From positions 2,574,507-2,638,506 of the forward strand of contig OY759598.1 in NCBI GenBank assembly GCA_963662435.1: a stretch of 64,000 nucleotides of DNA, in the 5' to 3' direction. Below are positions 20,216-30,080 of this stretch, piece by piece; position 1 is the first letter of the stretch, and every line of letters begins with the position of its first letter. Source of the stretch: Dehalococcoidia bacterium. GTDB lineage: Bacteria > Chloroflexota > Dehalococcoidia > Lucifugimonadales > VXLM01. The position numbers and the translations under genes are program-made. Under the pieces are notes generated by a model that saw nothing but the letters and a program-made list of their open reading frames with translations, had not been told where the DNA came from and did not search any database.

Positions 20216-20371
20216 GGATACTGCAAGGTCTCCACACGTTCAAATGGTGCCTCTGAGTGACCTGCGCGAGTCTATGGTAAAGCGAGTCTCTGAGCGCTCG
20301 GCAACTCCTCTCACTCACCTTGCTTCGGGCGTGGTAGAATACCTCCGCCAACGAAACTAGGGAGACACATA

Positions 20372-21322
20372 ATGATCGAACAGCGACCCCTTGGAAACTC
20401 AGGAATGACCGTCAGTGCCATCGGACTCGGATGCGTAACGTTCGGGCGAGAAATCGACCCCGATACGGCCTTCGAAATTATGGACCACGCCCTTGAGAAC
20501 GGCATCGACTTCTTCGACACCGCAGAGGGGTACTCCTCTGGGGAAGTGCCTTCCGAAACGGTCATCGGCAACTGGATGCGGTCGCGCGGCGTCCGCGATG
20601 AGGTCAAGATCTGCACGAAGGTCAGCTCAGGCGGCACCGCCGAGAACGTACAGCGTGCCCTTGCCCTGAGCCTCGAAAGGCTCCAGGTCGACAAAGTCGA
20701 GATGTACAAGGCACACTCCGCCTTCAGTGACGCGCCGATGGAGGAGTACCTGGGCGCCATGAACGAGGGCGTAGACGCCGGGCAGATCGACGTGATCGGC
20801 TGCAGCAACTTCCGTGCCGGACCGCTTCAGGAGGCCCTCGATGTCAGCGACAAGAATGGCTGGGCGCGCTTCCAGATCACCCAGCCTCCCTATAGCCTCG
20901 CCCGATCGGACAATCCCGGCCACCTTGACCGTCTCGAGGCGGAGAATGAATTCTTCCCCCTCTGTGTGAAGGAAGGCGTGGGCATCACTCCTTACAGTCC
21001 GCTCGCCGCGGGTTTCCTCGCCGGCAAGTACACGCCGGACAGGTCGAAGTTCCCGAAGGGTACCCGATTTGACGTGATGCCAGGTCATGCCGACATCTAC
21101 TTCGAGGACCGCAACTTCAAGCTCGTAGAGAAGCTGCGCGCCAAGTCAGAGGAGATGGGCCTGCCGATGGTGAAGCTGGCCATGGCATGGGTCATGGCAA
21201 ACAAGAGCCTCACTTCGGTCTTGGTTGGCGCTCGGAGACCGGCTCATGTCGACAATGCCATTGAGGCGATGGACACGGAATTGTCTTCGGACCTTCAAGC
21301 CGAGATGGCTGCCTGGGCCTAG
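20372..21322 (+). CDS. Aldo/keto reductase
   Basis: IGLGC, FFDTAEGY, ICTKV, IGCSNF, PYSPLAAGFLAGKY. Confidence 0.92.
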   Translation: MIEQRPLGNSGMTVSAIGLGCVTFGREIDPDTAFEIMDHALENGIDFFDTAEGYSSGEVPSETVIGNWMRSRGVRDEVKICTKVSSGGTAENVQRALALSLERLQVDKVEMYKAHSAFSDAPMEEYLGAMNEGVDAGQIDVIGCSNFRAGPLQEALDVSDKNGWARFQITQPPYSLARSDNPGHLDRLEAENEFFPLCVKEGVGITPYSPLAAGFLAGKYTPDRSKFPKGTRFDVMPGHADIYFEDRNFKLVEKLRAKSEEMGLPMVKLAMAWVMANKSLTSVLVGARRPAHVDNAIEAMDTELSSDLQAEMAAWA

Positions 21323-21504
21323 TACCTCCCCCGACTCCACACCCTACAATTCAGAAAAAATCTTGACCCTCAAATGGGATTAAGTGTCAATGTTCGCCTT
21401 GCTATACTTCCTGTAGGTAGTGCGGAGGATGGAAGTCAAACGGCGAATATCAGGGTAGCTTGCTCCCTGCTACGCGAATCGTCTTGAGAGAGAGTCTCAT
21501 GTGA

Positions 21505-22266
21505 TTGAGGAACCAAGCCGTTTGTCGTGTGGAAGGAGTGTGGACAGTGGGCATCGAAAGTAATGGTCAGCCCGATATTCCTGAAGAAGAGGATTGCGAG
21601 CCGGGCATATGGAAGAAATTCGAGGGCCACATCCAGGGAAAGACCCTGGCCGGCCTCTTCGAGCTAGTACCCCTAATCGTCACCGTCGTTGTCCTGGTGG
21701 TGATCATAGGGTATGCCGATAGCGCCGTTCGCGGACTGCCTTTCGTAGAAGACGAGCCATGGGACTTCTGGGGAGTCGGCATGATCGTCGCCGTCATCCT
21801 GTTCTATGTGATCGGACTCGTCATCGCCACGCGTGCGGGCAGGGTCATCATGGACTCCAAGGATGCGCTTCTCAACCACATTCCCGTGGTGAAGACGATC
21901 CTGGGGGTCACCAAGCAGGCGATGGCATCCCTCACGTCGCAGTATCAATTCACCCGCGTCGTCTTCGTTGAGTGGCCACGCGAAGGCATGGTCGCCATGG
22001 GATTCGTGACGGGACGTGCCTTCTCACACAAATCGGACGATACGATCGTAGTCGTCTATATACCAACCGTTCCCAATCCCACGTCCGGGAACATGGCCCT
22101 CGTCCCCGAAGACGACATCATCGAGACAGACATTACCGTCGAGGACGCGATGAAGCTGATATTCTCCGGCGGCATCGTATTGCCTGAGTCGATCTCGTTG
22201 GCCAGGGTGCCCGTCGATCGGGAGGAGTTCGGTCTCATTGGACGTTTCGAAACTACCCAGAACTAG
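21505..22266 (+). CDS. DUF502 membrane protein (start uncertain)
   Basis: VEWPR.G, GFVTG, YIPTVPNPTSG, EDAMKLIFSGG. Confidence 0.85.
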   Translation: MRNQAVCRVEGVWTVGIESNGQPDIPEEEDCEPGIWKKFEGHIQGKTLAGLFELVPLIVTVVVLVVIIGYADSAVRGLPFVEDEPWDFWGVGMIVAVILFYVIGLVIATRAGRVIMDSKDALLNHIPVVKTILGVTKQAMASLTSQYQFTRVVFVEWPREGMVAMGFVTGRAFSHKSDDTIVVVYIPTVPNPTSGNMALVPEDDIIETDITVEDAMKLIFSGGIVLPESISLARVPVDREEFGLIGRFETTQN

Positions 22267-22438
22267 GCTTAGGGCTCCTGTAACAGGGCAACCGCTTGTC
22301 TGCCGACGCACACCGGCACCGGGGCAGTATCGTAAGAGCGATAAATCGTGCCTGTCGACGCCGGATTGCATTCCCTGCTAGTCGCAGGTGAAAGGCAATC
22401 CCTGGGTTTCTGGAGAAACCCCGAATAGAGAGCGCCCT

Positions 22439-24703
22439 CTAACTCACCGCCTCGTCACCATCCATACTGGCTTCCAAGGCCTGGGTGGGCTCCAGTGGCA
22501 GCCTGACGGTCATTTCAGTCCAGTGTCCCGGCTCGGAATTAACCTCGATTGAGCCGCCATGCTGCCGAACAATGTCGTTGGAGATGGCCAGGCCGAGACC
22601 CGTTCCCCTGTCCGTGGGCTTGGTCGTAAAGAAGGGGTTGAATATCCTGTCGGCGACGTCCGGGGGAATGCCGCCTCCATTGTCCCTTATGCGTACCTCG
22701 ATATACTCGTCACTGCGGCTGGAAAATAGCGACAGCGTTGGCATGTAGGACTTATTGCCTGACTCGTGCTCCGCGAGTCGCTTCTGGTCCGTCGCATCGC
22801 ATGCGTTGCCGACGATATTCAAGAATACGCGACCGATATCCTGCGGCTTGACCACGATCTCGCCAACATCAGGGGCCAGTTCCTGCACGATGTGGAGTTG
22901 GAAGTCCGGATCTGTCGCCCGGGCGCTGTGGTAAGCAAGCCGGGTGTGCTCATCGAGCAGCGAGTTGATATCGGTTGACCTCTCCTCACCGGTCTCCCGA
23001 CCCATCATCAGCATGTCCTGAACAATGCGATTTGCCCTTTCGCCGTGCGATATGATCCGCACGAGGTTGCCGTTCAGGTCGTCTGAGATCTCCTTTATGT
23101 AGGCCTGGTCTTCGTCGCTGATCTTTTCCGCGTTCTCGTCCAAGACCTCCTTGAGTTCATCGAGCAACTCGTTGGACGACTCGGAGAAGTTCTTTACGAA
23201 GTTGAGCGGGTTCTTGATCTCATGGGCGACACCGGCAGTCAGCTCACCTAGCGCAGCCAGCTTCTCCCGCATCACGATCTGTTCCTGTGCCCTGCGGAGG
23301 TCTGTGAGCACGCTCTCCAACTGGTCGTTCTTGCCCTGAAGTTCTTCCGCCAGCTGTTCCACCAGGTTCAGGCGCTGGACCTCGAGGGCGTGGCGACGGA
23401 ATACCTCGAGGGCGTCCGCCATGTCCGCCACCTCGTCTCGGCCGCCGAGATCGACCTGCGATTCAAGATCGCCCCCCGCCATCTTCAACATCCAGTTGGA
23501 CAGGAGCTGGATTCGGCGGACGATCACGCGCCCGACGAAGAGCCAGGAAATCAGTACCGCTCCGGCCACGCCGACCGCGCTAATGGCGAGAAGCAGTGTA
23601 CGGCCGGTGAGTATCGCCTGTGTGGACTCACGAGCAGCGTTGTCGGCGCTGGTCCGCGCGGTGCTCACAAGAGAGTTCACATCACTCACCATGTCGATGG
23701 CGATACCGCTGTTGAGCTCCAAGAGGTCTTGCTGGCGCTTGATGACCTGAAGCCTGCGCTCCAATATGTCGAACCCGTTATCCTCGCCAACTCCCGTTCC
23801 CAATTCCAGCAGACGGTTGGATAGTGGCTCGATTCCGTCTCTTAGAGGCGTTTCTCCGAGGGCTGAGAGGTTGCGCCGTATGCTTCCGGCAGCAGACTCG
23901 AAGCGTTCTCGCAATGGTTCCAACAGGGGTGCGGACGAGATGGCAAACGCACTCTCCAGGAGCTGTATTGCTGTGGTCGTGTCTGCCTGAAGTCCGGCCA
24001 GGTGGCGATATCGAGCGAGCTGGTCTTCGGAGAAATGCTCCTCGCGGGCTGCCGGCGGGGCGTCAAGGCTCTCATACCCCGTCATCGTGTAGAAGAGTTG
24101 GTCGTCGACCACGGGGATCATGATCTCGTCGATCTGTTCCTGCAGTCTAACGAGTTCCCTTCCGAGGGCATCCCGCTGAACGTTAACCTCATAGAGCCGT
24201 GTCATGTCCTCCCGGATGGCGTTGATGTTTTCGATCAACATGTTCACATGGTCACGGATACGCCCTGATCGTCCAACGTCTTCATTCACCTGCCCGGCGG
24301 CATCTACTCCCAACACGTCCTGCAGCAAGGGCACATCAATCGTCGAAGAGGCTCCCCCGGTCGAGACTCCTCCCAGAAGGGTTGCCAGGTTGTTTTCGAG
24401 GTCCTTGCGCGCCTCGTCCACGCTTGTCGACACCTGGGCCAGGTCTCCTGGGGAAGTGGCGGCCATCAAGCGGGGAGCGGCGTCCACCAAGGTACCGCTG
24501 TGTTGGGCCACACCGAAGGCTGCCACGACTTCGGGAATACTATCTTCGTTCACCTGTCGCTGGGCTTCGCCGACGCTGTTGAAGGAAAACCAGCCGACCA
24601 GGCTCGCTGCCACGGTTAGTATCACGGCTCCACCGATCCCAAGGTAGAGCTGCGTCGCTATGCGGAAACGACTCTCGTATAGAGTTCTCAGTCGTTCGGT
24701 CAC
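22439..24703 (-). CDS. Sensor histidine kinase (TorS-like helical sensor, HAMP, HisKA, HATPase)
   Basis: Two TMs; GRDEVADMA HAMP; AHEIKNPLN; NIVGNACDA; DNGGG; FFTTK; GTGLGL. Confidence 0.92.
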   Translation of the reverse strand: MTERLRTLYESRFRIATQLYLGIGGAVILTVAASLVGWFSFNSVGEAQRQVNEDSIPEVVAAFGVAQHSGTLVDAAPRLMAATSPGDLAQVSTSVDEARKDLENNLATLLGGVSTGGASSTIDVPLLQDVLGVDAAGQVNEDVGRSGRIRDHVNMLIENINAIREDMTRLYEVNVQRDALGRELVRLQEQIDEIMIPVVDDQLFYTMTGYESLDAPPAAREEHFSEDQLARYRHLAGLQADTTTAIQLLESAFAISSAPLLEPLRERFESAAGSIRRNLSALGETPLRDGIEPLSNRLLELGTGVGEDNGFDILERRLQVIKRQQDLLELNSGIAIDMVSDVNSLVSTARTSADNAARESTQAILTGRTLLLAISAVGVAGAVLISWLFVGRVIVRRIQLLSNWMLKMAGGDLESQVDLGGRDEVADMADALEVFRRHALEVQRLNLVEQLAEELQGKNDQLESVLTDLRRAQEQIVMREKLAALGELTAGVAHEIKNPLNFVKNFSESSNELLDELKEVLDENAEKISDEDQAYIKEISDDLNGNLVRIISHGERANRIVQDMLMMGRETGEERSTDINSLLDEHTRLAYHSARATDPDFQLHIVQELAPDVGEIVVKPQDIGRVFLNIVGNACDATDQKRLAEHESGNKSYMPTLSLFSSRSDEYIEVRIRDNGGGIPPDVADRIFNPFFTTKPTDRGTGLGLAISNDIVRQHGGSIEVNSEPGHWTEMTVRLPLEPTQALEASMDGDEAVS

Positions 24704-25989
24704 TGCACCACGTCCTTCAACGTTTGAACGGCACGGTACTTCCCGTCGCTTCCTATGGTGGTTAGGAAGACGCTGTCCGAACCCTGATTATCTTGGGTAT
24801 CGTAGCGGAGTTTGAATCCGTCGATGTCAATTACATCGGCACTGCGCAAGCTATCTACAAAGCAGGCCCTGTCAACATCTCGACCACATCCTTCGAGTCC
24901 CGCGATTGCGAGGCGTCCTGCGAGATAGCCCTCCAGCGAAACGAAACCGGGAGAAGCCTCGGGTTCATAGGCGGACAGGGCATTGATGTAGGAAGCCACG
25001 ACGGGCAGCGAATCGTCCGTGGGAAAGGGTACAACCTGGGTAACGTAGACCCCTTCGCCAACGGGACCCAGTTCTCTTGCCAACGCGTTGCTTCCGACGA
25101 AGGACACAGTCATGAATATGGGATCGAGGCCCGTATGGCGCGCCCAGGAAATCAGTGCCGCCACCGGCTCGTAGGCCCCGATCATGATCACGGCCTGGGG
25201 ATTCCCGTTCTTGAGGTCAAGAAGAGCAGTCTTGACGGCAGTCGTATTGCGAGGATACAGCCCGATGGAGACCGGCCTCATACCCCGACGGGTGAGCGCG
25301 AGGTCTACCCCCCTCCAGCCCGCGCGTCCGAAGGAGTCGTCCTGGTACAGCACTGCGATGCGGTCTATTCCCAGATCCGTCGTCAGGCGGGCGACCATCT
25401 CCTCGGTCTCCTGATAGTAGGAAGCGCGGAGGTTGATGATATTGTCTCTATCCAGTCCGGTGCGCAGAAACTCGGCGCCCGTAAATGGGGCAATGAACGG
25501 GATCCCGGCATCCGCGGCGACCGGAGTTGCCGATCTTGACGTGGGCGTGCCCACCTCACCTATCAGGGCAAAGACCTTCTCGTCTTCGATGAGTCGAATG
25601 GTGTTGGTGACAGCAGCCTCGGGTTCGTACGCGTCATCGAGCGAAGACAGTTCCAGGAGCCGCCCATGCACGCCTCCATTCTGGTTAACCTCGTGGAAGG
25701 CTGCCTCGATACCGAGGCGCATGTTTCTGCCCAGTTCCTGGGCCGGTCCGCTGAATGCGGCGGACTGCCCGAAAGTGACGCTGTCGGCGGTGAAGCCGGT
25801 ATGCCCGGGGGCCGATGTTCCACCAGAGACAACGGTAGCTTCAGGCTGGCTGTCGCTCGGTGTGGACGTGGATTCCGTACTACCGAAGATGGAGCAACCG
25901 AACGTTCCCACGGTGATGGCGAGGGTTACAGCAACCGCGACCCTCAGTTTCGCAGACCTAGCCCATTGCCATCCGAACATTGGACTCAT
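24700..25989 (-). CDS. Type I (LivJ-like) substrate-binding lipoprotein
   Basis: Lipobox TFGC; GQSAAFSGP, DDAYEP, GTPTS, RASY, YQDDSFG; overlaps both neighbours. Confidence 0.85.
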   Translation of the reverse strand: MSPMFGWQWARSAKLRVAVAVTLAITVGTFGCSIFGSTESTSTPSDSQPEATVVSGGTSAPGHTGFTADSVTFGQSAAFSGPAQELGRNMRLGIEAAFHEVNQNGGVHGRLLELSSLDDAYEPEAAVTNTIRLIEDEKVFALIGEVGTPTSRSATPVAADAGIPFIAPFTGAEFLRTGLDRDNIINLRASYYQETEEMVARLTTDLGIDRIAVLYQDDSFGRAGWRGVDLALTRRGMRPVSIGLYPRNTTAVKTALLDLKNGNPQAVIMIGAYEPVAALISWARHTGLDPIFMTVSFVGSNALARELGPVGEGVYVTQVVPFPTDDSLPVVASYINALSAYEPEASPGFVSLEGYLAGRLAIAGLEGCGRDVDRACFVDSLRSADVIDIDGFKLRYDTQDNQGSDSVFLTTIGSDGKYRAVQTLKDVVQ

Positions 25990-26405
25990 TCAACTCTGTT
26001 CAGGGTTAGCGCCAAACAGTTCTTGCCATTCTCATGCCGGTACGTCATCTCATCCATCATTTCACGAACGAAGTGGATGCCGAGACCGCCAACTGGCCTG
26101 TCTTCGAGCGCGGACGTGAGGTCGGGCGGGGGGGCATCGTGAAGAGGATCGAACGGTCGTCCGTCATCCTCTATGGTTATCGTGAGCTTTTCGGGGGAGG
26201 AATCTACGACGATCTCAATCTCAGGGATATCGTCGACTCGCCCGTGATTGGCAATATTTATCCCCAACTCCTCGATAGCTAGCTTCACCTTGAATGTCAG
26301 GGCAGGCTCCCAGTCTTCCTGTTCACCAAAGTACTCCACGGCCTCGAGGATAATCTCGATTTCGTCTATGGTGGCTTGCCTATTTAGGACCAGTTTTTCG
26401 CTCAC
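25986..26405 (-). CDS. RsbW/SpoIIAB-like anti-sigma factor Ser kinase
   Basis: EELGINIANHG, DDGRPFDP, GGLGIHFVREMMD. Confidence 0.88.
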   Translation of the reverse strand: MSEKLVLNRQATIDEIEIILEAVEYFGEQEDWEPALTFKVKLAIEELGINIANHGRVDDIPEIEIVVDSSPEKLTITIEDDGRPFDPLHDAPPPDLTSALEDRPVGGLGIHFVREMMDEMTYRHENGKNCLALTLNRVE

Positions 26406-26414
26406 GTAAAATCC

Positions 26415-27572
26415 TCAGTCGCGGCGGAGTACCAGACAGGTGATGTCATCGGACTGCGGCGTGTCTCCCACAAAGTCCTTCACCGCGTCGAACATTGTCT
26501 GTGCGGCCTGCTCGGAGTTTTCAGGAGGATGCGCTGCGAAGACCTCGTGCATTCGAGCTACGCCAAACTGTTCACCTTCGCCATTCATCGCCTCGGTGAC
26601 GCCGTCCGTATAGAGCACGACGGTGTCGCCGGGTTCGAGCTGGATCGATTGGCTCGGGAACTCGAAGTCCGACGCGACACCGAGCGCAACCCCGCCGGTG
26701 AGCGGGAGCAGTTCCGATGTTCCGTCGGAACGTACAAGCAGAGGCGCGTCGTGTCCACCGTTCGAGTACGTGAGTTTGCCGGTCCCCGGATCATAGATCG
26801 AGTAGAGAACCGTCACGAACATCATCGTCTCGTTTTCTTCGTAGAGAAGCTCATTGACCTCGCGCAGCGCTGAGCCGGGGTCCCTGGTACCTATCGCCGC
26901 TCCTTTCAAAAGCGTGCGGCTGGACATCATGAAGAGAGCTGCCGGCACTCCCTTGTCCGAAACATCAGCAATTGCCAGTCCAACCTGGCCGTCTTCCAGG
27001 CGAATGACGTCGTAGAAGTCGCCCCCAACGTTCCTGGCGGGCTCCATGTGGGCAAAGACCTGGAACTCGGTGCTCCGGGGAAATACCTTCGGCAGTATGG
27101 ACTGCTGCGTGTTGCTCGCTAGGTCGAGCTCGTTCTGCAGGGCGACCAGTTTATCGCGCGATGCAAGAGCCTCGCGCCACTCTTCGAGATGACGAAGAGT
27201 CCGGTCTATAGTGACTTGCAGGTCCTCAAAATCGAGCGGCTTGGTGACAAAGTCGAACGCTCCCCTGTTCATCGCCGTGCGGATGTTCTTCATATCGCCA
27301 TAGGCGGATATGATTATGGATCGTATGTCCGGATCGACCTTTGGGATCTGTTCGAGGAGTGTGAGCCCGTCCATCTGCGGCATGTTGATGTCCGATACGA
27401 CCATATCGATATCATCATGCTCGTTAAGCACTTCAAGGGCTTCGACGCCATTTCGAGCGAATTCGAAGCTGTATGAGCCGGAACGAATCTTCCGTCTCAT
27501 GCGCTGCAGTATCAGGGGCTCCAGGTCCGGCTCGTCATCGACAACGAGGATCCGATAGGGTTTCTTTATCAC
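26415..27572 (-). CDS. Receiver domain + PP2C/SpoIIE phosphatase (RsbU/RsbY-like)
   Basis: VVDDE, SDINMP, KP; VGGDFYD, ADVSDKG, LYTDGVTEA, SDDIT. Confidence 0.92.
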   Translation of the reverse strand: MIKKPYRILVVDDEPDLEPLILQRMRRKIRSGSYSFEFARNGVEALEVLNEHDDIDMVVSDINMPQMDGLTLLEQIPKVDPDIRSIIISAYGDMKNIRTAMNRGAFDFVTKPLDFEDLQVTIDRTLRHLEEWREALASRDKLVALQNELDLASNTQQSILPKVFPRSTEFQVFAHMEPARNVGGDFYDVIRLEDGQVGLAIADVSDKGVPAALFMMSSRTLLKGAAIGTRDPGSALREVNELLYEENETMMFVTVLYSIYDPGTGKLTYSNGGHDAPLLVRSDGTSELLPLTGGVALGVASDFEFPSQSIQLEPGDTVVLYTDGVTEAMNGEGEQFGVARMHEVFAAHPPENSEQAAQTMFDAVKDFVGDTPQSDDITCLVLRRD

Positions 27573-27619
27573 GATTGTCTCTCGCGCCTCACAATCAGCT
27601 GCAATTTGACCGACTAGCG

Positions 27620-28078
27620 CTACGTGCCGGTGGGGACATTCGTTTGAGATGCGATCATCTCGTCACGGGCCAACAGCGCCACCCTCCACTCTCTGAGTTG
27701 AATCACCGTCCGGTCGATAGTTTCTTCGAAGTCCTCGAAGTCGATTGGCTTGGTGATGAAATCTACCGCGCCTCTCCTCATTGCCGTTCGAATGTTCCTC
27801 ATGTCTCCGTAGGCGGATACGATTATTGCCCGGATGTTCGGGTCGAATTTCCGAATCTGATCAAGCAGTGTGAGCCCGTCCATTTTCGGCATATTGATGT
27901 CTGAAATGACGATATCGATTTCCGGATGTTCTCTGAGGACTTCCAGGGCCTGCACGCCGTTGAGTGCAAAATGGAACCCATAGACGCCCGCCTTGATCTT
28001 GCGCCGCATGCGACCAAGTATCAGCGGTTCAAGATCAGGTTCGTCATCAACAATGAGAATCTGGTGCACTGCTGGCAT
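27620..28078 (-). CDS. Stand-alone response regulator, paralogous to the receiver of the adjacent phosphatase
   Basis: IVDDEPDLEPLIL, SDINMP.MDGLTLL, SAYGDM.NIRTAM. Confidence 0.88.
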   Translation of the reverse strand: MPAVHQILIVDDEPDLEPLILGRMRRKIKAGVYGFHFALNGVQALEVLREHPEIDIVISDINMPKMDGLTLLDQIRKFDPNIRAIIVSAYGDMRNIRTAMRRGAVDFITKPIDFEDFEETIDRTVIQLREWRVALLARDEMIASQTNVPTGT

Positions 28079-28173
28079 TGCTCTCGTTCCCTGCCTTCAC
28101 GTCTTATCCTTCATGCCACCGCAAGGGTGCGGTGATTCTGACAATTACGAAGGGTAAAAGGGGGTGGTGGGGA

Positions 28174-28512
28174 TCAGCCGTTGAGCGCAGCGACCGCCTC
28201 TTCCTTTGTGGAATGGACTGGGATAATCTGGTTGAAGCCGCTTATCTCAAAGACCTCGCGAACCGAGTCCGTCAATGAACAGACCGCAAGCGCGGCGTCC
28301 TGTCTTCGGAGTGACCTAGCAGTCATGAGGATTGCCCGAAGGCCCGCACTGCTGATGTAAGTGAGGTCCGCTAGGTCCAGGACTACGGCACGGTCCGTCT
28401 CTTCGATTGCGGCTTCCAGTGCGCTTTGGAATTCCCGGGCGTTGGTGCCGTCAATTCGTTCCCCGGCCCCTACGACCAGGGTGCCGCCATCACGTACAAC
28501 GTTTAGTTCCAT
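28174..28512 (-). CDS. STAS-domain anti-sigma factor antagonist (RsbV-like)
   Basis: VVLDLADLTYISSAGLR, VREVFEISG. Confidence 0.9.
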   Translation of the reverse strand: MELNVVRDGGTLVVGAGERIDGTNAREFQSALEAAIEETDRAVVLDLADLTYISSAGLRAILMTARSLRRQDAALAVCSLTDSVREVFEISGFNQIIPVHSTKEEAVAALNG

Positions 28513-28817
28513 ACGAACGGTCTCCTTATCTTGTCGTCACTCATCCAAACGTTCTCAATCATACTAGGGTTAGGCGCGTCTGAGACTCGTCATGCTCTGA
28601 ATTCGCGCCCATTCTAACACGAAAACATAGTGAAACAACCGCCCATCTTCTACTCAATTCACGAATAGTCCCTCACAAGTCTTCCACTTTGTGCCGAATT
28701 GGCAGGGAGGTACTTCGGATTGCCGCGCATCGAACCTACCTGCATCCTCATGTGGCTTGCCCGACGTTGCCTATTCGAATGTCCCCTTGCGGGCGACTGT
28801 GTAGTCTTCTACAACGC

Positions 28818-28873
28818 CGGACTACCGCCTGCCCCTCCGTCCGCTTCTTCCAAGCGGGCTGGGCGGTAGTCCG
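28818..28873. terminator. Stem-loop downstream of the RRM gene
   Basis: 12-bp IR CGGACTACCGCC / GGCGGTAGTCCG with an inner hairpin; no clear U tract. Confidence 0.45.
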
Positions 28874-28890
28874 AGTCGACTAGGTCTAGA

Positions 28891-29232
28891 CTACCAGCGG
28901 GATCCCCCGCCGTATCCACCGCCACCGCCACCACCACCGCCGCCGCCGCGACCGCCACCGCCGCCGCCGCGACCGCCGCCGCCACCGCCCTCGCGGGGCC
29001 TGGACTCGTTGACCGTCAACATCCGGCCACTGAGCTCAGTCCCATTGAGGGCTGCGATGGCAGCCTCGGCCTCGTCCTGGTTCGACATCTCGACGAAGCC
29101 GAAACCGCGCGAACGGCCCGAGTATCTGTCAGTTATGACCCTGGCCGACTGCACTTCACCGTGAGGGGAAAATGCGGCCTCCAGGGATTCATCCGATTCA
29201 TCGAAGGAAAGGTTGCCTACATAGATATTCAT
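28891..29232 (-). CDS. RRM RNA-binding protein with Gly-rich tail
   Basis: RNP2 IYVGNL, RNP1 RGFGFVEM, poly-Gly/RGG tail; AAGGAG SD; TGGTATAAT on minus strand near 29358-29366. Confidence 0.95.
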   Translation of the reverse strand: MNIYVGNLSFDESDESLEAAFSPHGEVQSARVITDRYSGRSRGFGFVEMSNQDEAEAAIAALNGTELSGRMLTVNESRPREGGGGGGRGGGGGGRGGGGGGGGGGGYGGGSRW

Positions 29233-29517
29233 GCGACACTCCTTGTGTACTGAAATCTCCTCATCGTAGCAAGCGTCACATTCGATCCTGAGGCTATGTA
29301 GCTTGGGAATAACGCGGAAGCGGAACGAGGTTGCGTCTGATTACGGAGTCGCAACGCATTATACCACAGGGCGCAACCCCTTGAATCATCGTTGCGATTA
29401 AGACAAACAGGGCGATTCTCACATGATATTCACTTTTGCGGTCCCCACTATCAACTTCCACCCAAACATGTTCCCTCATTCGGGAACCGCGGTAGCTGCG
29501 GCCCTGCTACGAGAGTT

Positions 29518-30045
29518 TCACTGCACCGGGAAAAAGATGTCCGTACGCCACTTCGACTGGTCGGGCTCCGCCCCTGGGTCGGTCATGTAGACCTCCCATG
29601 GCGCGCCCGCAGGTTGGAGACCCTGCTGCCCCATCCACTCCGTAAGCGCCGACCACGAATGGGGAAGTTCGTGGTACGGACCCATGTGCGTCACCGTCGC
29701 CACCCTTCCCGATGGCAGTTCGCTTGCCTGAACACGCCCCGCTCCTTCCGTGAGAGAGGCTACGGGCATCGCACACTCCATAACCATCGTACCCGGTTTG
29801 ACCTCGCATTCGGGATCGTCCGAATTGCCCCCGGCTATCCGGTCGGGATCGACCGCGACGCCGTCCATTGCATGATAGATCGTCAAGGGCATTCCGGTGG
29901 GCGTCTGCCCGCTCTGTTGAATGTACCCGAAAATCTCTCCGAACAGGGGACCCATGACTTCCGCCACCTCGTCCATCGAGGTCGTCGTTCGGATCCCCAG
30001 AATGGGCTGTGCCTCGATTTCCCTCGTCTCGAATTCCCTTTCCAT
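29518..30045 (-). CDS. GyrI-like small-molecule-binding protein
   Basis: LPSGRVA..HMGPY, WEVYMTDP, WRTDIFFPV. Confidence 0.85.
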   Translation of the reverse strand: MEREFETREIEAQPILGIRTTTSMDEVAEVMGPLFGEIFGYIQQSGQTPTGMPLTIYHAMDGVAVDPDRIAGGNSDDPECEVKPGTMVMECAMPVASLTEGAGRVQASELPSGRVATVTHMGPYHELPHSWSALTEWMGQQGLQPAGAPWEVYMTDPGAEPDQSKWRTDIFFPVQ

Positions 30046-30080
30046 CTATGTTGCCTCCCTGTGCTTTTCAGACCCGCGAC

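Noticed and set aside
21363..21390. TTGAC-N18-GTCAA dyad as an FNR/CRP site
   Set aside because: Spacing does not match the N4 FNR pattern; single occurrence
28906..28990. (CCG/CCA)n microsatellite
   Set aside because: Encodes the Gly-rich tail typical of RRM proteins
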